Virus record (IMG/VR): IMGVR_UViG_3300022752_005266
Coordinates: 2,011 to 66,010 of that record
Source of the DNA: a virus
Taxonomy: Duplodnaviria > Caudoviricetes
Strand: one strand, 5' to 3'
Length of the DNA: 64,000 bases
The notes under the pieces were generated by a model. It made no database searches and had not been told where the DNA came from. It worked only from the letters and a program-made list of their open reading frames with translations. The position numbers and the translations under genes were made by a program. How positions within the stretch are numbered: position 1 is the stretch's first letter; each line of letters opens with the position of its first letter. Positions 45,878 through 53,392 of this stretch are shown here, piece by piece.

Positions 45878-46369
45878 TCAAGGCTTGCGGGCGCGAGCGT
45901 TCCGGCGGGCGACCCGGCTCACCGTCCGGTGGGCGTGGAGCGCGCAGAAGGTACCGCGCGCACCGGGCACCACGAACGCGCCTTCGTTCCGGCACTGGAG
46001 CTTGGTCGTCGGCTCGATGAAGTAGCCGCACGGGTACTTCTTCCCGTCCTTCGAGACGCGGCGGCTGACCGTCTCGGGCAGCACGTCCACGTACCAGGGC
46101 GGCCGCTCGTTCGTGCGGTCCACGAGGCGCGACTCCATCATCTGGATCATCCGGCGGGCGCCTTCGCCCTCGTGCTCGCGGAGCACCTCGATGGCCGCCT
46201 CGACGTGGCGCACCGTGACCGGCCGCCCGAGCAGCACGAGTCCGGCGAGCACGGCGAGCGCGTCGCCCTCCCGGCGTTGCCAGAAGAGCGCGAGCTCGCC
46301 GAGCCGCTTGCCGATGCGGACCTCGTAGTGCGCCGGGAGCTTAGGCTTCGAGGACATCGTCGAGGACAT
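45878..46369 (-). CDS. hypothetical protein with a C-terminal Cys/His finger
   Basis: 163 aa; 'CGY...C...FCALH'. Confidence 0.55.
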   Translation of the reverse strand: MSSTMSSKPKLPAHYEVRIGKRLGELALFWQRREGDALAVLAGLVLLGRPVTVRHVEAAIEVLREHEGEGARRMIQMMESRLVDRTNERPPWYVDVLPETVSRRVSKDGKKYPCGYFIEPTTKLQCRNEGAFVVPGARGTFCALHAHRTVSRVARRNARARKP

Positions 46370-48482
46370 GATTATCCACCGCCATGCGGGAGATCTGGTA
46401 CACGCGGATCGGCGCCCCGTTGATCCGGGCCACCGTCGTCCGGGTCCGGCTCACCTTGCCCTCGGCGGCACCGGTGCGCTCCGTTGCCACGATCCAGCCA
46501 CGCTCCGTCCAGCGGTCCACGATCTCGTCGATCTGGAACCCTTGCGCTTCCAGCACCTCGCGCAGCGTCGAGGGCAGGATGGCGATGAACCGCCAGTCGT
46601 CGCTGTTCTCCCAGGCGCCGGCCCAGCCCTTGCTCGGGATAGCCGGGCTGCCGCTGTGCAACGTCTCGTGCCGTCCCCAGAAGCGGCTCTGGTTCGCCGA
46701 GCACCACGACACCGTCTCGATGAACGCAGCGTGCGGACGGTCGCGCTCGACCTCCAGTCGGTGCAGCGCGTCGACCGCGAACGCCATCGGGTCCTCGTCC
46801 GGCAGCGGCACGCCGAGGTGGTGGATGATGGTCGACACGACATGCAGCGTGGCGAGGTTGCCACTGTGACGGCGGGACACGGCCGTCTTCGCGAAGCCGG
46901 CGTACTGGTCCTTCGTCTCCTTCCAGATGCGGCGAAGCTCGCCGTGCTGGTCCTGCATCCCGATCAGGTACTCCAAGATCTTCCGGCCGAGGTGGCCGTG
47001 GTTGTGGAGGATGCCGGTCGTGACCTCTTCCGCCGCTGGTCCACCGACCGCCATGTCCGAGCCCATCGGCTTCCCCATCAGCGACAGGACGCGCGCACGG
47101 GTGCCGCCGTCCTGCGAGAAGGACGTGGCCGCGGCCTCACCGGAGGTGAGCATCACCGTGCGCCACGACGCCGTCTGGCGCGTTCCGTCCGGGGCGCCGC
47201 GGCCTCGGCCCTGCCCGTTCGCGAAGTCGTAGATGACGTCGCGCACGACACGGGAGTCCTTCGCCCGCTTCGTCTCGTCGAGAATCACCGGCAGGTTGCA
47301 GAGGAACCCGCAGAGCCGCTCGATGAAGACCTTCGTGCTGTCCCACGAGTACATCGCCGTCGGCGTGTTGTCGGAGGGCCGCCCCCACACCGAGGCCGCA
47401 ACGCGCAGCGCCGTGGTCTTCCCGCTCGACGTCTCGCCGTTGAAGTCGACGACGAACGACGGCGCGTTGAACACCTCCAGGAACGGCGCCGCTGCGCTGG
47501 CGTAGAGCGCGAGCCACATCGGCGTGAACGGCCGCATGGCCTCCATCGCTTCGAGCCATTCCTCCCACGTTCCGGAGGTGCGCCAGCCCTCGCGGACGCT
47601 CTCCAGCCCGAGCGGCGGGGTGAGCTCCACACCTTCGTCCGAGGTGGACATGGTGTAGAAGATCTCCGGCAGGAGGAATCCCTTCACCCCGTTCTGGTCA
47701 ATCCAGCCCATCCGGCTGGCCGACTGCGCCGCCGTGAGGCGGTGCATGTTCTCCGCCTCGAACTCGGCGAGCCAGTCGATCAGCGCGCCGGCAGAGTTGG
47801 ACGTGACCGGCACCTCGATGTCGGCGAGGCCGATGAGCTTCTGGCTGGAGAGGCAGACGCCGCGGTCCACCGCGCGCATCGTCCATCCGGCGGGGGTCCG
47901 CCACATGAGCAGCCGCTTCGCCGTGCCGGTGAGCACGTCGTGCGTCCGGCCGATGAAGAAGATCGGCGCGGTCGCCACGCGCGTCGTCGAGCTGGACCCA
48001 TCCGCCAGGACGTTCAGCTTGAACACACCCGTCGGGTCGACGAGGTAGCCGCGCGGAACCCGCAGCGAGTCGAGGTGTCCCGGCTCGATGAGCGCAGGCG
48101 GCGGCGCACCTGCCCCCAGCGCCGTGCCGAGGGAGATGAGCGAGTTGTCCTGCACCACCCCGATAACCCGGTCCAGCGACGCACGCCGCCGCTCGATGAC
48201 GAGCCGCTTCAGCGCCGAGCGCAGCGCCTTCGCGCGCGTGACCTGCCCCGGCAACATCTCGATGACGGCGAGCATGCTGGAGACGGACGCCTCGTCCGCG
48301 AGCCACGCATCGGCGATGTTCGACAGCGCGTCCGCGCGTTGGATGGCGGCCCACGCCGCGAGGTGGTTGGCCTTCTCGGTCGACGAGAGCTGGTTCTGCA
48401 ACACCCGCAGCAGGTCCAGCCCCTGCGATACGGTATCCGGCTTATCGACTTCTTCTGCTGTCTCGTCGAGAGGTTCATTCAT
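46341..48482 (-). CDS. DUF927-domain replication helicase/ATPase
   Basis: Walker A 'GETSSGKTT', 'PVILDE', 'NGQGRGRG', 'WRTVMLTSGE', 'NHGHLG'. Confidence 0.85.
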   Translation of the reverse strand: MNEPLDETAEEVDKPDTVSQGLDLLRVLQNQLSSTEKANHLAAWAAIQRADALSNIADAWLADEASVSSMLAVIEMLPGQVTRAKALRSALKRLVIERRRASLDRVIGVVQDNSLISLGTALGAGAPPPALIEPGHLDSLRVPRGYLVDPTGVFKLNVLADGSSSTTRVATAPIFFIGRTHDVLTGTAKRLLMWRTPAGWTMRAVDRGVCLSSQKLIGLADIEVPVTSNSAGALIDWLAEFEAENMHRLTAAQSASRMGWIDQNGVKGFLLPEIFYTMSTSDEGVELTPPLGLESVREGWRTSGTWEEWLEAMEAMRPFTPMWLALYASAAAPFLEVFNAPSFVVDFNGETSSGKTTALRVAASVWGRPSDNTPTAMYSWDSTKVFIERLCGFLCNLPVILDETKRAKDSRVVRDVIYDFANGQGRGRGAPDGTRQTASWRTVMLTSGEAAATSFSQDGGTRARVLSLMGKPMGSDMAVGGPAAEEVTTGILHNHGHLGRKILEYLIGMQDQHGELRRIWKETKDQYAGFAKTAVSRRHSGNLATLHVVSTIIHHLGVPLPDEDPMAFAVDALHRLEVERDRPHAAFIETVSWCSANQSRFWGRHETLHSGSPAIPSKGWAGAWENSDDWRFIAILPSTLREVLEAQGFQIDEIVDRWTERGWIVATERTGAAEGKVSRTRTTVARINGAPIRVYQISRMAVDNHVLDDVLEA

Positions 48483-49230
48483 GGCGGCGGGCTCGGGGGT
48501 AGAGGTTGCCTCGGGGCGCGACGAAGCCCTCGTCCCGGAGTCGGACGATGGCGGTATTGATCGTCGAGCGATTGTAGCGGAGCTTCGGTTCCAACGAACG
48601 TAGCGTTTCGCAGGGAGCCCCGGAAGACCACGCATCCACCACGGCGCACAGCACCTGATGGTGAGACTTCCAGGAGTTCCGGACGAGGTCCGCCTCGACG
48701 AGGCCGCGGCCCGTTGGCACGATGCCGTTCGCCAAGACACCACGGCGCCGGAGCTCCGCTGTATACAGCCTTACATCTCGCTCAGAAAGTTTGAGCGCAT
48801 CCGCCACGTCGAGGATAGTGGACGCCTGTCCCCGGCCTGCGCGGCGGCGGACGAAGAAGGAGATACGGAACAGGGTCGCCCCGTCGAACGCGCGAGACTC
48901 GCCACCCTGCGGCGGCTCCGGAGTGACGCGAGGGTAGGGCACCTCGGCGCGCTCGCAGTACCGCACCAGCCGCATGTAGAGCCGGCGGGTCGACGTCGGG
49001 CCCGGCGCCTCGCCGAGCGCCTCGGCGATCTCCGGGAACTCCATGCCGGCCTTCCGCATCTCGTAGAGGCGGGGGCCGACGGTGTCGGCAGCGGCGCGCA
49101 GCCGCTTGTTGATGTTGCTCGCCGAGCAGCCCAGCGCTGCGGCGACCTGCTTCTGCGTCTGACCGGCAGCCAGCAAGGCGCGCACGTTGGCGATCTCGGC
49201 CTCCGTCCACGAATACCCGCGGCTTTTCAT
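48475..49230 (-). CDS. multi-HTH DNA-binding protein
   Basis: Several HTH-like segments ('TQKQVAAALGCSASNI', 'FPEIAEALG', 'ILDVADALKLSERDV', 'NRSTINTAIVRL'). Confidence 0.7.
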   Translation of the reverse strand: MKSRGYSWTEAEIANVRALLAAGQTQKQVAAALGCSASNINKRLRAAADTVGPRLYEMRKAGMEFPEIAEALGEAPGPTSTRRLYMRLVRYCERAEVPYPRVTPEPPQGGESRAFDGATLFRISFFVRRRAGRGQASTILDVADALKLSERDVRLYTAELRRRGVLANGIVPTGRGLVEADLVRNSWKSHHQVLCAVVDAWSSGAPCETLRSLEPKLRYNRSTINTAIVRLRDEGFVAPRGNLYPRARRHE

Positions 49231-49508
49231 TCTTCCTCCAGGTGCGAACGCACTTCGTTGATGGCGCGGATGTTGAGGCGGATGAACGCGCGCAGCGCCA
49301 CGAGTGCCGCGGCTCGGCGTTCCCGGTGGGCGTCCTTGAGCGCGCGCTCGATCATCGCCGCGGTCATCTCGGGGAACGCTGCGGCGTCCCCGTTGTCGAG
49401 CCAATCGAAGTACTCGGTGTCTTCGAGCGCGGTGAAGAGGATCTCCACGAGGCTCTCGACTTGATCTTCGTTGAACTGGCAGTCGTCCAGCGTCCAGGGC
49501 TTCTCCAT
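49227..49508 (-). CDS. hypothetical protein
   Basis: AGGAG RBS; MEKPWTLDD... Confidence 0.6.
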   Translation of the reverse strand: MEKPWTLDDCQFNEDQVESLVEILFTALEDTEYFDWLDNGDAAAFPEMTAAMIERALKDAHRERRAAALVALRAFIRLNIRAINEVRSHLEEE

Positions 49509-49510
49509 GA

Positions 49511-51325
49511 CTACTCCTGCGCGGCTACGCCGTTGGCGATGATCTGCGACGCGCTCTCGCGCGTCATCTGGGCGATGGCGGCGTCGGTGTACCCGAGCGC
49601 CTTGAGCATCGCGCCCATCGTCGGGCTGGGCACGAACACCTTGAACGTGGGCTTGGCCGCCTCGACGATGCTGGGCTCGACCTCGACCGGCTCGGCGTCG
49701 GTCGCCCCGAGCTCGATGACCGTCCAGCCGGCGGGCACCTTCTTCGGCTTCGTCGGCGTGCCGATGACGACCTGCCCCTCGAACTTGCCCCAGGCCGACA
49801 GGACGTGGGTGAGGGTGTTCGCATCCCAGCCGCGGTCCTCCGGCATCACGAGCACCGGCTGGTGCGCGTGCGCCGCTTGGCTGATCGCCATGGCGATGGC
49901 GCACGTCACCGTCGCCCACTCCGCACCGGAGAGCGCGGCCCGGAGCTTCTTGCCCGTCAGCAGGCCGAGGCGGAACACCTCCTTCTCGTTCTCGGTGAAC
50001 TGCATCCCGAAGGTCCAGTTGGTCGGGAGGTAGGCCTGCACCCGCGCGACGAACGCCGCGGCCACTCGCTTGAGAAGCTCGGCGACGATGTCCTCCAGCG
50101 ACCCCTTCATGTCCTTGTAGGTCGTGCTCTCCCGCGCCATCTCGGCCGCGGTGTCGCGCGCCTTCTTCAGGCTTGCCCACCGGTCGGCGAGGTTCCGGAG
50201 CCGGAGGTACTCCTCCTGCGCCGCCTGCGCCTGCGCTTCGAGCGCCTCGGCATCAATCTCCAGCATCTCCTTCAGCGTCTCCAGCTCGACCAGCGCTTCG
50301 TTCAGCTGCGTGTGCAGCGTGACGAGGTCGACGCTCGGCGTCACGGGAGGGGCCACCATCGCGGCGGCCTGCTGCTGGTAGAACGCACCGCACATCTCGA
50401 TGTGCGCCTTGCCCACCGGGCTGGAGCAGAGCGGGCAGCTGTCGACGCCACGCTCGACGGCGAAGCTCGCCGCGTACGCCATCGACTCGTAGAACTTCCG
50501 CTCGAACGTGTTCGGCTGCGGCGCAGGCGCAACGGCCGGCGCGTTGACCTTCTCCCCCAGGCTCCGTACTTTCAACAGCAGCGCCTCCTCGCGGCGCCGC
50601 GCATCCTGTACGGCGGACAGCCGGTTGCCGAGCAGGGTCATCTGCCACTTGGCGCCGTTGATGTCTTCCTCGGTGGGGCAGGCGTCGAGGTCGTCCGTCA
50701 GCGAGGTGAGCAGCGACTCGGCGCCGGCCGCCTCCTTCGAGGCCTCCCGCTGCCGCTTGCCGACGTACTCCAGCGTCGCGAGCAGCGCGTCGACCGGGGC
50801 CATCTTGCGGCCCACGGCGGCGCTGATGTCCTCGAACTTGCTCCGGTAGACGCCGGGCACCATCTCCAGCACGTCGCCCATCGTGACGTCGGTGGCGGCC
50901 CAGGCGAGGAACGCCTTGCGCGCCGTGGCCGGGCTGCCTTCGAGCACGTCCCGCACCTGCTGCAACGGCAGCATCGCCGGCGCGCCGGTGTCGTGCGCGG
51001 GCCGCCCGCCGTCCTTCGCGGTGAAGACGTAGTCGTCGCCGGTCGAGGTGCGTGCGTGGATGCTCAGCCGCTCCGCGCTGACCATGCTCATGAGCAGGCC
51101 GCTGTCCTTCACGCCGGTGCGCCCGACGAGATCGTCGGCGCTGCCGACCAGCGCGAGCTGAAGGCTCTGCTGGATGGCGCTCTTGCCCGAGCCGTTCGGC
51201 CCGACGATCAGCGTCTTCGGTCCGAGCTCGACGTTCTTCGGCTTTCCGTCGGGCGTCTTGAGGTTCGTGGTGATGCGTTCGACGTAGGGGTACGTCGCGG
51301 CGGCGGCAGTCTTCTTGGGGGGCAT
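49511..51325 (-). CDS. SbcC/Rad50-like ABC ATPase
   Basis: Walker A 'GPNGSGKS', coiled coil with CPLC hook, signature 'LSGAE', Walker B-like 'VLVMPED'. Confidence 0.8.
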   Translation of the reverse strand: MPPKKTAAAATYPYVERITTNLKTPDGKPKNVELGPKTLIVGPNGSGKSAIQQSLQLALVGSADDLVGRTGVKDSGLLMSMVSAERLSIHARTSTGDDYVFTAKDGGRPAHDTGAPAMLPLQQVRDVLEGSPATARKAFLAWAATDVTMGDVLEMVPGVYRSKFEDISAAVGRKMAPVDALLATLEYVGKRQREASKEAAGAESLLTSLTDDLDACPTEEDINGAKWQMTLLGNRLSAVQDARRREEALLLKVRSLGEKVNAPAVAPAPQPNTFERKFYESMAYAASFAVERGVDSCPLCSSPVGKAHIEMCGAFYQQQAAAMVAPPVTPSVDLVTLHTQLNEALVELETLKEMLEIDAEALEAQAQAAQEEYLRLRNLADRWASLKKARDTAAEMARESTTYKDMKGSLEDIVAELLKRVAAAFVARVQAYLPTNWTFGMQFTENEKEVFRLGLLTGKKLRAALSGAEWATVTCAIAMAISQAAHAHQPVLVMPEDRGWDANTLTHVLSAWGKFEGQVVIGTPTKPKKVPAGWTVIELGATDAEPVEVEPSIVEAAKPTFKVFVPSPTMGAMLKALGYTDAAIAQMTRESASQIIANGVAAQE

Positions 51326-51394
51326 CGGGTTCTCCGTGGCGGCGAGCACAGTCTCGACCGCACATCCCCCTCTTAGTGTACTTGTACCGGAACG

Positions 51395-51799
51395 TCAAGT
51401 GTGGAACACTAACATTCCGGTGTCTTGCCACCCGTCACTGCCGGTGTCGATTACATCGACGATGGCGCGCACCTCGTTCGTCTCGGGGTCCCATGCGACG
51501 GCAGGCTTCTGCGCGTTGATGAACCCGCGGATCAGCGCCTGCGTCGCCGAACCCACGGCCGGCAGGTCGAAGTGCGCCACGGGCACGACGATGACGGAGA
51601 ACAGCGGCGCGCCGTCCCAGGACTCGGCGAACGGCACATCACGCACCCAGTGGTTCCAGCCACCGAGCGCCCGGCTGCGCTTCAAGTAGTCGTCTCGTCC
51701 GGCGACGACGGTGGCCTGCCACACCGTCGAGACGTGCTCGACCCAGCTGTCGATGACGTCGTCCGGCACCGCCTTGGCGTGCGCGAGGAAGATGCTCAT
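51395..51799 (-). CDS. hypothetical protein, possible TIR/NDT-like fold
   Basis: GGAGG RBS; 'MSIFLAHA' and 'VGSAT...QKPAVAW'. Confidence 0.55.
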   Translation of the reverse strand: MSIFLAHAKAVPDDVIDSWVEHVSTVWQATVVAGRDDYLKRSRALGGWNHWVRDVPFAESWDGAPLFSVIVVPVAHFDLPAVGSATQALIRGFINAQKPAVAWDPETNEVRAIVDVIDTGSDGWQDTGMLVFHT

Positions 51800-51801
51800 G
51801 G

Positions 51802-52020
51802 CTACCTCCCCAGGATGGCGGCTGTGCCGCGAAACGGCGCCGAGAACGGCGTCGGTGGAAGGCGCACGGGGTTGTCGCACGTATCGCAGACACGCACGGA
51901 TCCCCATGGGATCGTCGTCAACGACGTAACCTCCTCGTAGAGTGGCGTCTCGCAGATCGTGCATTCAATGTCGAGCGACCGCGTCTTCACGCGCACCGCA
52001 CGGGGAACTCCGGGCCTCAT
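51802..52020 (-). CDS. small zinc-ribbon protein
   Basis: 'CTIC...CDTC'; ATGA overlap. Confidence 0.55.
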   Translation of the reverse strand: MRPGVPRAVRVKTRSLDIECTICETPLYEEVTSLTTIPWGSVRVCDTCDNPVRLPPTPFSAPFRGTAAILGR

Positions 52021-52565
52021 GCTTTCTCCCAGTAGACTGTCGACCCACGTCGATAGTGCTGCAAGTTTTCTCGAGCTTCTTCCGTCGTAAAGTGCGCGTC
52101 TCGAAACGTCAGGTAGTTGTTCGGCACCAGCGCGAACTGACCAGCATCCAGCAGCACGAGGTTCAACGGCTTGTGCTCTTGCGGGTAACGAGAGAACCCG
52201 TCTGCCCAGTCCACGACAAGACCCGTGTGTCTGCCCGCGGCCTCGATGGGCTCGTGTACCGCGCACGACAGCCCGTGTAGGTAGCGTGAGGACCAGACCA
52301 CCGTGTCGGCGCCCATCGCCCCCCACGGCATGAGCTGCTCGGCCGAGAAGCGGAAGTCCGACGTGAACGACAGGGCGTGCAGCGGAAGACCGCTCCAGTT
52401 CGCGCCGGATTCCAGCAACACATGGCACAGCAGCACCTGGGATTCGCGCGCGTAGACACCGTGCCAGATGCCGGGCGTCACTCCGACCGGCATGGTCGGG
52501 CCGAGAAAGCGATTGTCCACGTTCACGTAGATGTGATGCGGCAAGTTCGCATGAGGGCTGCTCAT
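52017..52565 (-). CDS. conserved phage hypothetical protein
   Basis: 'NLP...YV...CHVLLESGA.W..LPLHAL'; 182 aa. Confidence 0.65.
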   Translation of the reverse strand: MSSPHANLPHHIYVNVDNRFLGPTMPVGVTPGIWHGVYARESQVLLCHVLLESGANWSGLPLHALSFTSDFRFSAEQLMPWGAMGADTVVWSSRYLHGLSCAVHEPIEAAGRHTGLVVDWADGFSRYPQEHKPLNLVLLDAGQFALVPNNYLTFRDAHFTTEEARENLQHYRRGSTVYWEKA

Positions 52566-52762
52566 TTCCGATCTCGAACAGCGCGGCGCATCTGCTTGTT
52601 CTCCTCGCGTACCGTCTCAAGGTAGGCAAGACCCTCGCGCAGAAGCGTTTGCACTTCGTCCTCCGACGCTTCCGATCGGTTCTTCACGCGCCACGCCAGA
52701 CGGCGCATGACGCGCTGCGCCTTGTCGATGGCGGGACACGTCCACCCAGGAACCTCGGTCAT
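52562..52762 (-). CDS. hypothetical protein
   Basis: 'PGWTCPAID...LETVREEN'; coupled. Confidence 0.6.
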   Translation of the reverse strand: MTEVPGWTCPAIDKAQRVMRRLAWRVKNRSEASEDEVQTLLREGLAYLETVREENKQMRRAVRDRK

Positions 52763-53019
52763 GGCTCCCCCTCGCGGCGGTGCTCGCCTCGTTCGATGCA
52801 GTCCGCCGCGTCCAGCAGCGCGGCGCTCTCACGTTGCTGCCCACACAGTCGGCAGTCCTGCGCTGCGTCGAGCAGCCACGCCACCACGGCGGCGCGCTCC
52901 CCGCGCAGGCGCTTGTTCTCGGCGCGCAGCCGCGCAATCTTGGCGTGCAGCTCGGTGTTCTCGCGCTCAGCATCGCGCCAAGCAGACAGCCGTGCTTCTG
53001 CGAGTTCCGCATCGGTCAT
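52759..53019 (-). CDS. hypothetical protein
   Basis: AGGAGG RBS; MTDAELAE... Confidence 0.55.
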   Translation of the reverse strand: MTDAELAEARLSAWRDAERENTELHAKIARLRAENKRLRGERAAVVAWLLDAAQDCRLCGQQRESAALLDAADCIERGEHRREGEP

Positions 53020-53285
53020 CGCTCCTCCTGCTGCCGGATGCGGCGTTCGATTTCGAAGTCGAGGTACTCGCGCGCCTTTTCCAAGTCCCCGAGCAGCGTG
53101 TTCTTGTCCTTCTTCCCCGCGCGACAGATGTACTTCACCACGTTGCCGAGGTTGAAGTTCAAGTCCCACGCTTCGATCACCTTGATCGCCTCGTAGGGGT
53201 TCTCCGCACCGCCGTAGTGCGCGGGGTGATGGGTCGCTTCACGGGCGGCGAGGCCGGCGAGGCCGTCGTGTTCGTGGTGACTCAT
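53016..53285 (-). CDS. DUF3310 (SaV-like) protein
   Basis: 'HPAHY...EAIKVIE...FNLGNVVKYICRAGKK...DLEKAREYL'. Confidence 0.85.
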   Translation of the reverse strand: MSHHEHDGLAGLAAREATHHPAHYGGAENPYEAIKVIEAWDLNFNLGNVVKYICRAGKKDKNTLLGDLEKAREYLDFEIERRIRQQEER

Positions 53286-53392
53286 GGCCAGTTCAGGACG
53301 CGCCGAGCCAGCGCGCAGATGAGCTCGATCAGGAAGTTCATGGGGGCCTCGGAGTGACGCTGAATAATCTGTATCAGCGCCTTACCGCAGCG

